Shown: positions 11,760 through 22,447 of the stretch, one piece after another
Position numbering within the stretch: the first letter of the stretch is position 1
Layout of the letters: each line of letters starts with the position of its first letter
Assembly (NCBI GenBank): GCA_963763035.1
Contig: CAVXMS010000003.1
Location: 1,663,945-1,727,944, forward strand
Direction of reading: 5' to 3'
From: an uncultured beta proteobacterium
GTDB lineage: Bacteria > Pseudomonadota > Gammaproteobacteria > Burkholderiales > Burkholderiaceae_C
DNA length: 64,000 nucleotides
Notes under the pieces: model-generated
Told to the model about the DNA's origin: nothing
The model's input: only the letters and a program-made list of their open reading frames with translations
The model's database searches: none
Translations under genes and position numbers: made by a program

Positions 11760-13466
11760 TCAGGGCTTCTTCATCGGCAGCTTGAGGCCATGTTCACGGG
11801 CGCAGTCTTCGGCAATTTCATAACCGGCGTCGGCATGCCGCATGACGCCGCTGGCCGGGTCGTTCCACAACACGCGTGCAATGCGCTCGCCCGCCTCCGG
11901 CGTGCCATCGCACACCACCACCACGCCGGCGTGCTGCGAGTATCCCATGCCGACACCGCCGCCGTGGTGCAGGCTGACCCAGGTCGCGCCACTGGCGGTG
12001 TTGAGCAGCGCGTTCAACAGCGGCCAGTCGCTGACGGCATCGCTGCCGTCCTTCATGGCTTCGGTCTCGCGATTGGGCGACGCCACGGAACCGCTGTCCA
12101 GGTGGTCGCGGCCGATCACGATAGGGGCTTTCAGCTCGCCGCTGCGCACCATTTCGTTGAAGGCCAGGCCGGCCAGATGGCGCTGGCCCAGACCGATCCA
12201 GCAGATGCGTGCCGGCAGGCCCTGAAACGCGATGCGCTGCTGCGCCATGTCGAGCCAGCGGTGCAGCTGCGGGTGGTCGGGGAACAGTTCTTTCATTTTG
12301 GCGTCGGTCTTGCGGATGTCTTCCGGGTCGCCGCTCAGCGCCACCCAGCGGAACGGGCCGATGCCGCGGCAAAACAAGGGGCGCACATAGGCCGGCACAA
12401 AACCGGGGTAGTCGAAGGCGTTGGCCACGCCATGGTCCTTGGCGACCTGGCGCAGGTTGTTGCCGTAGTCGACGGTCGGCACGCCCATGGCATGAAAGGC
12501 CAGCATGGCGCGCACATGCTTGGCGCACGATTCGCCGGCGGCTTGCGTCAGTTTGGCGTGCTGCGCAGGGTCGCGCTGCGCGGCGCGCCAGCGTTCTACA
12601 CTCCAGCCGGACGGCAGGTAGCCGTTGACCAGGTCGTGCGCCGATGTCTGGTCGGTCACGATGTCGGGGCGCATGCCACCGGCCTGCGCGCGTCGGACCA
12701 GTTCCGGCAGCACCTCGGCGGCGTTGCCGCACAGGCCGATCGACACCGCCTCTTTGCGCCCGGTGTGCTGCGCAATCATCTCAAGCGCCTGCTCCAGATT
12801 CACGGCCTGCTTGTCCAGGTAGCAGGTGCGCAGCCGGAAATCAATGCTGGTTTGTTGGCATTCGATGTTGAGCGAGCAGGCGCCGGCAAAGCTGGCCGCC
12901 AGCGGCTGGGCACCGCCCATGCCGCCCAGGCCCGCGGTCAGTATCCAGCGCCCGACCAGACTGCCGCCGAAATGCTGGCGACCGGCTTCGACAAAAGTCT
13001 CGTAAGTGCCTTGCACAATGCCTTGCGAGCCGATGTAAATCCAGCTGCCGGCCGTCATCTGGCCGTACATCATCAAGCCGGCCCGGTCCAGCGCATGGAA
13101 GTGCTCCCAGGTGGCCCATTTGGGCACCAGATTGGAATTGGCGATCAGCACCCGCGGCGCGCCGGCATGGGTGCGAAATACCCCCACCGGTTTGCCACTC
13201 TGCACCAGCAGGGTTTCATCGGCTTTCAACTTGCGCAAACTGTCCAGGATGGCCTCAAAGCAAGGCCAGTTGCGCGCCGCCTTGCCGATGCCGCCGTACA
13301 CCACCAACGCATCCGGGTTCTCGGCCACTTCCGGGTCCAAGTTGTTCTGCAGCATGCGGTAGGCGGCTTCGATTTGCCAGTTGGCGCAGCTCAGGGCGCT
13401 GCCGCGGGGCGCGCGCACCGGCCGCGCCTGACTGTTGAAAAATGGGCTTGCTGAGAGGTCGGTCAT
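11760..13466 (-). CDS. hutU: urocanate hydratase
   Basis: 568 aa, urocanase family along its full length ([21 protein letters not shown]). Its stop lies 1 nt from the hutH start. Confidence 0.95.
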   Translation of the reverse strand: MTDLSASPFFNSQARPVRAPRGSALSCANWQIEAAYRMLQNNLDPEVAENPDALVVYGGIGKAARNWPCFEAILDSLRKLKADETLLVQSGKPVGVFRTHAGAPRVLIANSNLVPKWATWEHFHALDRAGLMMYGQMTAGSWIYIGSQGIVQGTYETFVEAGRQHFGGSLVGRWILTAGLGGMGGAQPLAASFAGACSLNIECQQTSIDFRLRTCYLDKQAVNLEQALEMIAQHTGRKEAVSIGLCGNAAEVLPELVRRAQAGGMRPDIVTDQTSAHDLVNGYLPSGWSVERWRAAQRDPAQHAKLTQAAGESCAKHVRAMLAFHAMGVPTVDYGNNLRQVAKDHGVANAFDYPGFVPAYVRPLFCRGIGPFRWVALSGDPEDIRKTDAKMKELFPDHPQLHRWLDMAQQRIAFQGLPARICWIGLGQRHLAGLAFNEMVRSGELKAPIVIGRDHLDSGSVASPNRETEAMKDGSDAVSDWPLLNALLNTASGATWVSLHHGGGVGMGYSQHAGVVVVCDGTPEAGERIARVLWNDPASGVMRHADAGYEIAEDCAREHGLKLPMKKP

Positions 13467-13507
13467 GGTGAACCCGGGTTTTGGTTAACGGTTTGCGAGT
13501 TCAGTTT

Positions 13508-13523
13508 AGTTGTCTATACAACT
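13508..13523. promoter_or_regulatory. candidate HutC/GntR-type operator in the hutU / iclR divergent region
   Basis: AGTTGTCTATACAACT: perfect 6-bp arms AGTTGT/ACAACT around CTAT. It fits the GntR-family GT-N-AC palindrome and lies about 45-60 nt upstream of the hutU start. Confidence 0.4.
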
Positions 13524-13725
13524 TGGGTTGTTCAGGGAAAACCCGTAGTCGAGAGACCTTGGCGCCATCTGGCGGATCACCATTTCTCCACTCATTTCAG
13601 AGGAGAAATGGCGCGCATCGGTGCGTTGCGGGAGCGCTTGCGGCGGTTTCAAAAAAGAGAGGTCAATTCCCAACAGATGATAATTTTTGGTTTACGGCCG
13701 AATCCAGGCATCCGATACTGAGCCC

Positions 13726-14469
13726 ATGCTGTCCGACTCCCGTCCCGTTTCCGCGGTCGATCGCGCCCTGGTGGTTCTGGCCACGCTGGCGCGGCATGGG
13801 CGTGCCATGACGGCGGCCGAGTTGATGCAGAAGACGCAACTGAGCCAAAGCACCTTGTACCGGCAACTGTCGTCTCTCAAGCGCTGGGGTTTTGTGCTGG
13901 AAGGCGAGGGCCGTTATGCGCCAGGTCCGCTGAGTCTGCAACTGGCACTGGGCTTTGACATGGCTTCGCATCTGGTGCAGCACGCGCAGGCCGATATGCA
14001 ACTGCTGGCGCAGCAATCGCAGGAGAGCGTCGGTCTGATCGTGGCCGTGAACGGCCAGGCCATTTGCCTTGACATGATTGAGAGCCGGCAGGCCTTGCGC
14101 TGCTCGTTCGAGAAGGGGCGCGGCCTGCCGCTGCAAAAAGGCGCCTCGGCGAAATGCCTGCTGGCGCACCTGCCGGTGGCGGAATTGAACGCCGCGCTGG
14201 ACGCCAACCTGGGCGACCCGGGCCGGCCGCGGGCGGAGCTTCTGGCCGAACTGGGCGCGATTCGAAAAGCCGGCTTTGTCGTCAGCAACGGGGAAGTGGA
14301 CCCCGGTGTCTGGGGCGTCAGCGTGCCTTTGCTGGGCCCCGGCAAGCGCGCCCTCGGTGCACTGACCCTGATGGCGCCCAGCATGCGTGTGCAAGGCAAG
14401 CATTCGCCCCTGATTCAGATGACGGTGCTGACCGCCGCCCGTATATCCCGAAGTTTGCGTACCCCCTAA
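13726..14469 (+). CDS. IclR family transcriptional regulator
   Basis: N-terminal wHTH (AVDRALVVLATLARHGRAMTAAELMQKTQLSQSTLYRQL) plus an IclR effector domain. The first ATG in frame is at 13726. Confidence 0.8.
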   Translation: MLSDSRPVSAVDRALVVLATLARHGRAMTAAELMQKTQLSQSTLYRQLSSLKRWGFVLEGEGRYAPGPLSLQLALGFDMASHLVQHAQADMQLLAQQSQESVGLIVAVNGQAICLDMIESRQALRCSFEKGRGLPLQKGASAKCLLAHLPVAELNAALDANLGDPGRPRAELLAELGAIRKAGFVVSNGEVDPGVWGVSVPLLGPGKRALGALTLMAPSMRVQGKHSPLIQMTVLTAARISRSLRTP

Positions 14470-14499
14470 ACCCTTCATTCAACCCCCTGGAGATCTCCC

Positions 14500-15243
14500 A
14501 TGAACCTTCGTCGCACCTTCCTTCTTTCCTGCCTGGCCGTCGCCGCCCTGGGCGCTGCCCATTCGAACGCGCAAGATGTTTTGCGTGTCGGCACCGACGC
14601 CACTTTTCCGCCCATGGAATTTGTTGAAAACGACAAACGCAGCGGTTTTGACATCGACCTGGTGGAGGCCATCGGAAAAGTGCTGAACAAGCGCGTCGAA
14701 TGGGTCGATATCGACTTCAAGGGCTTGATTCCGGGACTGGTTTCCAAGCGCTTCGACGTCGCCGTGTCGGCCATCTACATCACCGACGAGCGCAAGAAGG
14801 TGGTCGACTTCACCGACTCCTACTACGCCGGCGGACTGGTTGCCATGGTGAAGGACGGCAACGCCGCCATCAAGACGCTGAACGACTTGAACGGCAAGAA
14901 AGTCAGCGTCCAAGTGGGTACCAAGTCGGTCGGCTACCTGGGCAGCAACTACCCCAAGGTGCAATTGGTGGAGGTTGAAAAAAACCAGGAGATGTTCAAC
15001 CTGGTCGAGATCGGCCGCGCCGATGCGGCCGTCACCGGCAAGCCGGCGGCCTTCCAGTACGTGCGCACCCGCGGTGGACTGCATGTGCTGGAGCAGCAGC
15101 TCACCACCGAGGAGTACGGCATGGCCTTGCGCAAGGACACGCCGGAGCTGACCAAGGCCATCAACGGCGCCCTGGCCAAGCTCAAGGCCGACGGCAGCTA
15201 CGCCCAGATCGTCAAGAAATGGTTTAGCAACTCCGGCAAATAG
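14500..15243 (+). CDS. amino-acid ABC transporter substrate-binding protein (family 3)
   Basis: 247 aa with a signal peptide (LLSCLAVAALGAAHSNA) and a polar amino-acid SBP fold (LRVGTDATFPPMEF). Confidence 0.85.
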   Translation: MNLRRTFLLSCLAVAALGAAHSNAQDVLRVGTDATFPPMEFVENDKRSGFDIDLVEAIGKVLNKRVEWVDIDFKGLIPGLVSKRFDVAVSAIYITDERKKVVDFTDSYYAGGLVAMVKDGNAAIKTLNDLNGKKVSVQVGTKSVGYLGSNYPKVQLVEVEKNQEMFNLVEIGRADAAVTGKPAAFQYVRTRGGLHVLEQQLTTEEYGMALRKDTPELTKAINGALAKLKADGSYAQIVKKWFSNSGK

Positions 15244-15260
15244 CAGCCAAGGCGGATTTG

Positions 15261-15929
15261 ATGGGACTCGATTTCTCCCCGGTTTTTGTCGGCTGGCGCA
15301 ATCTGCTCCAGGGTGCGTTCATCACCGTCGAAATTACGGCGGTGGCCTTGCTGCTGGGCTGCATCATGGGCTTACTGGTGGGAATCGGGCGCCTGAAACC
15401 GGAGCGGCGCGTGGTTTACGCGCTGTGCACCAGCTATGTTGCGGCGATTCGCGGCACCCCTTTGCTAGTGCAGTTGTTTCTGCTGTTCTTCGGCCTGCCG
15501 CAGTTCGGCATTCTGTTGCCGGCGTTCTTTTGCGGCGTCATCGGGTTGGGTATTTATTCCGGTGCCTACGTTTCGGAAATCGTGCGCGGTGCGATCCAGT
15601 CGGTGGACCGCGGACAGATGGAGGCGGCGCGCTCGCTGGGCATGTCGTATGGCACCGCCATGCGCTCCATCATCCTGCCGCAGGCGCTGGTGCGCATGAT
15701 TCCGCCGCTGGGCAACGAATTCATTGCCCTGATCAAGAATTCGGCCCTGGTGTCGCTGCTGACCATCCACGACCTGATGCACGAGGGGCAAAAAATCATC
15801 AGCGTGACTTACCGCTCGCTGGAGGTCTACCTCGCCATTGCGGTCATGTATTTCGTGCTGACCGGGCTCACCACGCTGGCCTTGCGGCATATCGAAGAGC
15901 GTCTTAAGGCCGGAGGCATGGTGCAATGA
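15261..15929 (+). CDS. amino-acid ABC transporter permease
   Basis: HisM/HisQ-type permease with an EAA-like loop ([24 protein letters not shown]). ATG at 15261. Confidence 0.85.
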   Translation: MGLDFSPVFVGWRNLLQGAFITVEITAVALLLGCIMGLLVGIGRLKPERRVVYALCTSYVAAIRGTPLLVQLFLLFFGLPQFGILLPAFFCGVIGLGIYSGAYVSEIVRGAIQSVDRGQMEAARSLGMSYGTAMRSIILPQALVRMIPPLGNEFIALIKNSALVSLLTIHDLMHEGQKIISVTYRSLEVYLAIAVMYFVLTGLTTLALRHIEERLKAGGMVQ

Positions 15930-16690
15930 ACGCGCAAAAACCTATTCTCAGCATCCGTGGCTTGCGCAAGTCATTTGGCGATCATGTGGTGTTGCAGAAC
16001 ATCGATTTCGAGGTTCAGGCGTCCCAGGTGGTGGTCATCATAGGCCCCAGCGGCTCCGGCAAAAGTACTTTCTTGCGCTGCTGCAACGGGCTGGAACAAC
16101 CCGACAGTGGCCTGGTCGAGATCTGTGGCCACACCTTGTCCGACGGTGGCCAGATGCTGGGCGACCAGCCGCTGAACCATTTGCGCGAGCAGGTCGGCAT
16201 GGTGTTCCAGTCGTTCAACCTGTTTCCGCATCTGTCGGTGATCGACAACATTACCGTCGGTCCGCGCAAGGTGCGCGCTGTCTCCAGGCAGCAGGCCAAT
16301 AGCGAGGCCATGGTCTTGCTGAACAAGGTTGGACTGGCGGAAAAGGCCCACGCCATGCCGGCCAGTCTGTCGGGCGGTCAGAAGCAGCGCGTGGCCATTG
16401 CCCGTGCCCTGGCGATGCAGCCACAAGTCATGCTGTTTGACGAACCCACTTCGGCGCTGGACCCGGAACTGGTGGGCGAGGTGCTGCAAGTGATGAAGCT
16501 GTTGGCCAGCGAGGGCATGACGATGATGGTGGTGACCCATGAAATGGACTTTGCCCGTGAAGTGGGCGACATCGTGGTGGTGATGGACGGTGGCGTGCTG
16601 ATCGAGGCCGGGCCACCCGACATCATTTTCACCAACCCGACGCAGCCGCGCACGCGCGACTTTTTGCGGGCGGTCCTGAACCGCGCCTGA
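15926..16690 (+). CDS. amino-acid ABC transporter ATP-binding protein
   Basis: Walker [10 protein letters not shown], signature [15 protein letters not shown], Walker [13 protein letters not shown]. Confidence 0.9.
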   Translation: MNAQKPILSIRGLRKSFGDHVVLQNIDFEVQASQVVVIIGPSGSGKSTFLRCCNGLEQPDSGLVEICGHTLSDGGQMLGDQPLNHLREQVGMVFQSFNLFPHLSVIDNITVGPRKVRAVSRQQANSEAMVLLNKVGLAEKAHAMPASLSGGQKQRVAIARALAMQPQVMLFDEPTSALDPELVGEVLQVMKLLASEGMTMMVVTHEMDFAREVGDIVVVMDGGVLIEAGPPDIIFTNPTQPRTRDFLRAVLNRA

Positions 16691-16691
16691 G

Positions 16692-17402
16692 ATGTCCGAT
16701 ACCCGATTGCCGGCCTATCAGCAGGTCAAGGCCTATGTCAAGGCGCAGATCAACCTGGGGCTCTGGCGCGCCGGCGATCCGGTACCCAGCGAGGCGGTAT
16801 TGCAGCAGCAGTTCGGCGTCAGCCGCATGACGGTGAACCGGGCCGTCAAGGAGTTGGCGGTGGAGGGTCTGGTGACCCGGGTCCGGGGTTCCGGCACGGT
16901 GGTGGCGCAGTTGCACCGGATTTCCAGCACGCTGGCGGTGCGCGACATCCATGAGGAGGTGCTGGAGCGGGGCCACACGCACGCCACGAAAGTCCTGACG
17001 GTGGAGAAGGTGCGCGCCGATGCGGCGCTGGCGCAGACCCTGAAACTGCGCACCGGCAGCACCGTCTTTCATTCGGTCATGGTGCATTTTGAAGACGAGG
17101 TGCCGATCCAGTTTGAGGATCGCCATGTCAATCCGCAAGCGGCGCCGCACTATCTGAGCGTTGATTTCAGCCGCACCACACCGACCCGCTACCTGCTTGA
17201 ACAGGCACCGTTGACGGAGGCCAGTTATTCGATCAAGGCCTCCCTGCCCAGCGCGCTGGAAGCGAAACAGTTGGCGATCAAACGCAGCGAGCCCTGTCTG
17301 GTGATGACCCGGCGCACCATCAGCGGCATCCACGTGGCCAGTCTGGCGCGCCTGGTTTATCCCGGCCTGCGCTACAGCTTCAGCGGGAAATTCGAGCTGT
17401 GA
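16692..17402 (+). CDS. hutC: histidine utilisation repressor (GntR/HutC family)
   Basis: GntR wHTH (GDPVPSEAVLQQQFGVSRMTVNRAVKELAVEGLV) plus a UTRA effector domain. It sits within the hut operon. Confidence 0.85.
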   Translation: MSDTRLPAYQQVKAYVKAQINLGLWRAGDPVPSEAVLQQQFGVSRMTVNRAVKELAVEGLVTRVRGSGTVVAQLHRISSTLAVRDIHEEVLERGHTHATKVLTVEKVRADAALAQTLKLRTGSTVFHSVMVHFEDEVPIQFEDRHVNPQAAPHYLSVDFSRTTPTRYLLEQAPLTEASYSIKASLPSALEAKQLAIKRSEPCLVMTRRTISGIHVASLARLVYPGLRYSFSGKFEL

Positions 17403-17959
17403 GCTGGAACATCGTTCCGCTGGCCGAGGTCGCGCCCAGCCGCTGGCGCAATGGCGGCGGGGTGACGCGCGAGTTGCTCGCCTGGCCCGACAGCGCTGAC
17501 TGGGTTTGGCGCATGTCGGTGGCCGAGGTCGCTGCCAGCGGACCTTTTTCCCATTTCGACGGCGTGCGGCGCTGGTTTGCGGTGCTCGGCGGTGCCGGTG
17601 TGCGGCTGACCATCGATGGCCACTCGCATGAACTGACCGACAGTAGTGCGCCCCTGTGTTTTGACGGTGCCAGCGCCGTACACTGCCAGTTGCTGGACGG
17701 TGCCACGCAGGACTTCAACCTGATGCTGCGCAGTGACCGGGCTTCGGCGCAGATGCAGCGGGTTGCGGGCGTACTTGCCTTCGACGCCAGCGCGTCTTCT
17801 GTGGTCGCGGTTTACGCCATGGAGGCGGGCGCCACAGTCCATTTCAATCATGAAACGCTGACGCTTGCGGCGCACAGCCTGGCGTGGCGCAAGCTGCCGG
17901 CCAATGCGGCAGTGCGGGTCGAGAGTACCGATGCTTTGTGGATCGAGATTGCAGCATGA
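17399..17959 (+). CDS. hutD: HutD family protein
   Basis: 186 aa with HutD-like [11 protein letters not shown] near the N-terminus. The GTG start overlaps the hutC stop. The position between hutC and hutI is the usual one. Confidence 0.75.
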   Translation: MSWNIVPLAEVAPSRWRNGGGVTRELLAWPDSADWVWRMSVAEVAASGPFSHFDGVRRWFAVLGGAGVRLTIDGHSHELTDSSAPLCFDGASAVHCQLLDGATQDFNLMLRSDRASAQMQRVAGVLAFDASASSVVAVYAMEAGATVHFNHETLTLAAHSLAWRKLPANAAVRVESTDALWIEIAA

Positions 17960-19170
17960 GCCTGAAACTCTGGCAAGGCTGTAGCGTGGCGACCATGCTG
18001 CCCAATCCGGCAGTACCGTATGGCTTGATCGAGGACGCGGCGCTGGTGGTTGAAGGGGCGTTGCTGCGTTGGGTCGGTGCGCGGCGTGATTTGCCGCCGG
18101 AACTGGTCCAGCGTTGTGTTCAACAGCACGACGCCGCCGGTGCCTTGATCACACCCGGGCTGATCGATTGCCATAGCCATCTGGTCTATGCCGGGGACCG
18201 TTCCGATGAATTCGAGTTGCGTTTGAACGGTGCGTCGTACCAAGAGATTGCACGCCAGGGCGGAGGGATTGCGTCCACCGTGCAAGCGACTCGCAACGCA
18301 AGCCACGATGAGTTGAAGCAGCAAAGCCGGGCGCGTCTGCGGCAACTGCTGATGGAGGGTGTGACAACGCTGGAGATCAAGTCGGGCTATGGCCTGACTT
18401 TGGAGCACGAACGCAAGATGCTGCAAGTGGCGCGCCAACTGGGGCAGGAGCATGCGGTTTCCGTTCGCACCACGTTTTTAGGGGCGCATGCGGTGCCGCC
18501 CGAGTTTGCCGCTCGCGCTGACGACTACCTGGACGAGGTGTTGCGCATGTTGCCCATGCTGCAGGCCGAAGGTCTGGTCGAAGCGGTGGATGCGTTTTGT
18601 GAGCGCATTGCCTTCAGTCCGGCACAAACGGCCCGCCTGTTCGAGGTTGCCCGGCAACTGGGCTTGCCGGTCAAGCTGCATGCGGAACAACTGAGCGACA
18701 GCGGCGGCGCGGCGCTGGCCGCAGGTTTTGGCGCTCTCAGTTGCGATCACCTGGAATGGCTGTCGGAGCCGGGCGCGGCGTCTATGGCCAGGGCCGGCAG
18801 CGTCGCCGTTTTGTTGCCCGGTGCGTTTTATTTTTTGCGTGAAACCAGGCTGCCGCCGGTCGACTTGCTGCGTCGGCATCAGGTCCCGATGGCCATTGCC
18901 ACCGACTGCAATCCGGGCAGCTCGCCGTGCAGTTCGCTGCTGCTGATGCTCAACATGGCGTGCACGCTGTTTCGGCTGACGCCGCAGGAAGCACTGGCCG
19001 GCGTGACGCGGCATGCGGCGCGGGCGCTGGGCTTGCCGGACCGCGGCGTGTTGGCGCCCGGCATGCGGGCCGACTTTGTGCTGTGGGATGTGCAGCGCCC
19101 GGCGCAACTTAGTTACGCCTTCGGTGCCAATCCCTGTATCCAAACCATTTTCAACGGTGAAGCCAGATGA
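17956..19170 (+). CDS. hutI: imidazolonepropionase
   Basis: Amidohydrolase HxH ([12 protein letters not shown]) and conserved hutI blocks. The ATG at 17956 overlaps the hutD stop. The track ORF from 17884 is a 5' over-extension. Confidence 0.9.
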   Translation: MSLKLWQGCSVATMLPNPAVPYGLIEDAALVVEGALLRWVGARRDLPPELVQRCVQQHDAAGALITPGLIDCHSHLVYAGDRSDEFELRLNGASYQEIARQGGGIASTVQATRNASHDELKQQSRARLRQLLMEGVTTLEIKSGYGLTLEHERKMLQVARQLGQEHAVSVRTTFLGAHAVPPEFAARADDYLDEVLRMLPMLQAEGLVEAVDAFCERIAFSPAQTARLFEVARQLGLPVKLHAEQLSDSGGAALAAGFGALSCDHLEWLSEPGAASMARAGSVAVLLPGAFYFLRETRLPPVDLLRRHQVPMAIATDCNPGSSPCSSLLLMLNMACTLFRLTPQEALAGVTRHAARALGLPDRGVLAPGMRADFVLWDVQRPAQLSYAFGANPCIQTIFNGEAR

Positions 19171-19967
19171 CATTTACATTGCACAGCGGGGTGGCGCCGC
19201 TGCTGGTCAGCATGCCCCATATCGGGACCGAAATCCCGCCCGAATTGCAGGGCGCCCTGGAGCCCCGCGCGCTGGCCGTGGAAGACACCGACTGGCATCT
19301 GGACCGGCTCTACGACTTTCTGCCCGAGCTGGGCGCCAGTGTGATCAAACCGCGCTACTCGCGCTATGTGATTGACCTGAACCGCCCGCCGGACGATGCC
19401 CCCATGTACCCTGGCGCCTCCAACACGGAGCTTTGTCCGACGCGCTTCTTCAGCGGTGACGCGCTGTACCGGCCGGGCCACGAGCCGACGCCGGAGCAGC
19501 GCATGGGGCGGCGCGAGCGCTATTGGCAGCCCTACCACGCGGCGCTGGCGGCCGAGTTGCAGCGCATCAAGGCACGCCATGGCTACGCGCTGCTATGGGA
19601 CGCGCACAGCATCCGTTCGCAACTGCCGTGGTTGTTCGAGGGCACGCTGCCGGGTCTGAACCTGGGCACCGCCGACGGCGCTGCGGCCGACGCCTCGATT
19701 GCCGCCGCAGTAGTTGGTGTCTGCGCGGGCGACCAGCAGGTCAGCCATGTGCTCAACGGCAGATTCAAGGGCGGCTACATCACCCGCCATTACGGCGCTC
19801 CGCAGGCCCGGGTGCAGGCCGTGCAACTGGAGATGTGCCGCTACCTCTACATGCGTGAGGACGCGCCATTCGAATACGACGCCGCGACGGCCAGGCCGAT
19901 CCAGCCGCTGCTGAAAACCATGCTGACCGCTGCGCCGGAAGCCTGCCGGACTCTTTATGAAAAATGA
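19167..19967 (+). CDS. hutG: N-formylglutamate amidohydrolase
   Basis: 266 aa, FGase family ([28 protein letters not shown]). ATGA overlap with hutI. Confidence 0.85.
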   Translation: MTFTLHSGVAPLLVSMPHIGTEIPPELQGALEPRALAVEDTDWHLDRLYDFLPELGASVIKPRYSRYVIDLNRPPDDAPMYPGASNTELCPTRFFSGDALYRPGHEPTPEQRMGRRERYWQPYHAALAAELQRIKARHGYALLWDAHSIRSQLPWLFEGTLPGLNLGTADGAAADASIAAAVVGVCAGDQQVSHVLNGRFKGGYITRHYGAPQARVQAVQLEMCRYLYMREDAPFEYDAATARPIQPLLKTMLTAAPEACRTLYEK

Positions 19968-21345
19968 TGTGAGAAACTTCTTTGCCGCCAAGGCCTGGGT
20001 CGACGGTGCCTGGGCTCCCAATGTGCTGCTGAGCGTGGACGGTGACGGCAACTGGTGCGACATTCAAACCCATGCGGCGCCAGCGGACCGAGCCGGTGCC
20101 AGCGTTCTGAAGGGGCCAGTGCTGCCGGGATTGGTGAACGCCCACAGCCATGCTTTTCAACGCGCCATGGCCGGGCTGACCGAGCGCGCGGGCGGTCCCG
20201 GCGCTGCCGGCGGCGATAACTTTTGGAGCTGGCGCGACCGCATGTACGCGGTGGCGCGGCGCATCAGGCCGGACCAGTTGGAGGCGATCGCGGCCTTCCT
20301 CTATGCCGAACTGCTGGCCGCTGGTTACACCCAGGCCTGCGAGTTTCACTACCTGCACAACGCGGCCGATGGCCAGCCCCATGCCGACCCGCTGGAGATG
20401 TCACTGGCGTTGGTGCGGGCGGCACAGACGGTGGGCATAGGCCTGACGCTGTTGCCTGCGCTTTACATGCGTTCCGGTTTTACGGCGACCGGCCTGCGCG
20501 AAGATCAGCGCCGCTTTGCCTCGACGCCCGACAGCGTGTTGCGTCTGATCGAAGGTGTGCGGGCTCAAACCGGTGCTTGCCCCGGCGTCAATGTCGGTGT
20601 GGCGCTGCACTCCTTGCGCGCCGTTGACGTGGCGGCGATTCAGGAGGTGGCTGCGGTTGCCGCAGGCCATGCTCTGCCCATCCACATCCACGTTGCCGAG
20701 CAGATGCAGGAGGTGCAGGACTGTATCGCCGCGACCGGCCAGCGCCCGATCGAGTACTTGCTGGACCATGTGCCGCTGGATGCCCGCTGGAACCTGGTCC
20801 ACGCAACGCAAGGCACGGCGGCGGAGTTGCAAGCGGTGAGCGAGAGCGGCGCGGCCATTGTGATCTGCCCCAGCACGGAAGCCAATCTGGGCGACGGTGT
20901 GTTCGATTTTTCAGGCTACGGCGGCAACTGGTCTATCGGCTCCGACAGCCATGTGACGCGCAGTTGGACCGAAGAACTGCGGCTGCTGGAGTACTCGCAG
21001 CGCCTGACGCAACGCCGGCGCAATGTGGCGGCCCAGGCCGGCTACAGCGGTAGCAGTGCCGCCGCGCTGCTACAGGCTGCTTTGGCCGGTGGCAGATCCG
21101 CCACCAGTCTGCCGCTGGGTGCGATCAAGGTCGGCCACCGAGCCGACTTCCTGCTGCTGGACGAACAGGCGCCGGCGCTGCTGGGGGTGCCGGCCGACTG
21201 CCTGCTCGATGCGCTGGTGTTTTCCAGCCCGCAGGCCCCCATTGCCGAAGTCTTTGTGGCCGGCCGACAGATGCCGTCGGGACTGGCGCAGCGGGCGCAA
21301 CTGGCACAGGATTTTGTGCGGACCATGAGGGCGCTCTGGACCTGA
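19957..21345 (+). CDS. hutF: formimidoylglutamate deiminase
   Basis: 462 aa amidohydrolase with NAHSHAFQR and HVAEQ motifs. Together with hutG it indicates the five-step hut pathway. Confidence 0.85.
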   Translation: MKNDVRNFFAAKAWVDGAWAPNVLLSVDGDGNWCDIQTHAAPADRAGASVLKGPVLPGLVNAHSHAFQRAMAGLTERAGGPGAAGGDNFWSWRDRMYAVARRIRPDQLEAIAAFLYAELLAAGYTQACEFHYLHNAADGQPHADPLEMSLALVRAAQTVGIGLTLLPALYMRSGFTATGLREDQRRFASTPDSVLRLIEGVRAQTGACPGVNVGVALHSLRAVDVAAIQEVAAVAAGHALPIHIHVAEQMQEVQDCIAATGQRPIEYLLDHVPLDARWNLVHATQGTAAELQAVSESGAAIVICPSTEANLGDGVFDFSGYGGNWSIGSDSHVTRSWTEELRLLEYSQRLTQRRRNVAAQAGYSGSSAAALLQAALAGGRSATSLPLGAIKVGHRADFLLLDEQAPALLGVPADCLLDALVFSSPQAPIAEVFVAGRQMPSGLAQRAQLAQDFVRTMRALWT

Positions 21346-21374
21346 GTGTGGCGTGAGACGCGACAATAAGGCTT

Positions 21375-21869
21375 ATGACCCACACCCCAACCCATTTCGA
21401 CGATGTTGCAGTGACCGGCGTCGACAACATTCCAGAAGGCTTCCAGCCCGTCAAACTCGGCGGCCCTTTTATTTCTCACAATGGTCCCCTGTACGCCAAG
21501 TGGAACGGCCAGCGGCTGCTGCTGGGCTTTCGCGTCGAAGAGCGGCACAGCAACCCGCTCAAGGTCTGTCACGGCGGCATGCTGGCAACCTTTGCCGACA
21601 TGCTTATTCCCTGCGCCGCCATGTACCAGGGCCAGATGGAGCGGCGTTTTCTGCCCACCATCAGCCTGCAAATCGATTACATGGGTGCCGCTCCCTTGGG
21701 CGCCTGGGTGCAGGGTGAAGCGGACGTGCTGCGCACCACGCGCAACATGCTGTTCGGCCAGGGTCTGGTGACGGCCGATGGCCAAGCCGCCTTGCGCGTC
21801 AGCGGCATTTTCAAGATGGGGCAACTGATAGGCGACGGCACCGCCACCGATCCCTTGGGGTTGAAGTAA
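21375..21869 (+). CDS. PaaI-family hotdog-fold thioesterase
   Basis: 164 aa with NPLKVCHGGMLATFADM, typical of PaaI/YdiI thioesterases. Confidence 0.75.
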   Translation: MTHTPTHFDDVAVTGVDNIPEGFQPVKLGGPFISHNGPLYAKWNGQRLLLGFRVEERHSNPLKVCHGGMLATFADMLIPCAAMYQGQMERRFLPTISLQIDYMGAAPLGAWVQGEADVLRTTRNMLFGQGLVTADGQAALRVSGIFKMGQLIGDGTATDPLGLK

Positions 21870-21950
21870 GTTGCGCAGGATGATGCCTCTGCGAATCGTT
21901 TCAAGAATAGAATGGCCGCGTTCATAGCGGAGTTTCCAAAGCGAGGATTT

Positions 21951-22274
21951 ATGTTGGCCCAACATGCCATTCTTGATGCAGCACGTCGCGCCGCGAATGC
22001 GGCGAGCAGCCCTGCGAGAGTCATGCTGTTTGGCTCCTACGCTAGGGGCGATGCTGACGAAGGCTCGGATCTGGATCTGCTGGTTATCGAGCGCCACGTG
22101 CCCGACAAGGCCGATGAGTACCTGAGACTGCACCGCGCCATTGGTGCCATCGGTGTTGGCGTCGATGTGCTGGTGATGTCCGGCGAGGAGTTCGCGCGTC
22201 GCAGCCAGGTGCCCGGAACCCTGCCCTACTGGGCGGCCAAGGAAGGAAGACTGATTCATGACGCCAGCGCGTGA
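21951..22274 (+). CDS. nucleotidyltransferase-domain protein (MNT-type antitoxin of HEPN/MNT pairs)
   Basis: Minimal nucleotidyltransferase motif LFGSYARGDADEGSDLDLLV. ATG at 21951; the track ORF begins further upstream at 21912. Confidence 0.7.
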   Translation: MLAQHAILDAARRAANAASSPARVMLFGSYARGDADEGSDLDLLVIERHVPDKADEYLRLHRAIGAIGVGVDVLVMSGEEFARRSQVPGTLPYWAAKEGRLIHDASA

Positions 22275-22415
22275 AGAGGCACGCCGACTGCTGCGCCTGG
22301 CGCGGCGCGACAGCGACACCTTCGCTCTGAAATGACGTCCTCGATGGAGCGTGAAGAACTCGATGCGTTGCTGCATGCGGTCCTGGCATGGGCCTGCACT
22401 CAGGTTGATGGCTGA
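22258..22415 (+). pseudogene. remnant of the cognate HEPN toxin gene (internal deletion/frameshift)
   Basis: An ATG at 22258 overlaps the MNT 3' end by 17 nt, as in intact MNT-HEPN pairs. It encodes only MTPAREEARRLLRLARRDSDTFALK before a stop at 22333-22335. A shifted frame (22332-22415) gives a HEPN-like C-terminal tail (EREELDALLHAVLAWACTQVDG). The total is about 52 codons versus roughly 115-135 expected. Confidence 0.45.
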
Positions 22416-22447
22416 TACGTCATCCAGCTTTTCATTTTTCTATCTTT

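Noticed and set aside
10061-13454. Long plus-strand ORFs (10061-11746, 11700-13454) opposite hutH and hutU
   Set aside because: These are mirror-frame artefacts of high GC. There are no recognisable motifs, whereas the minus-strand products are textbook HutH (ASG triad) and HutU.
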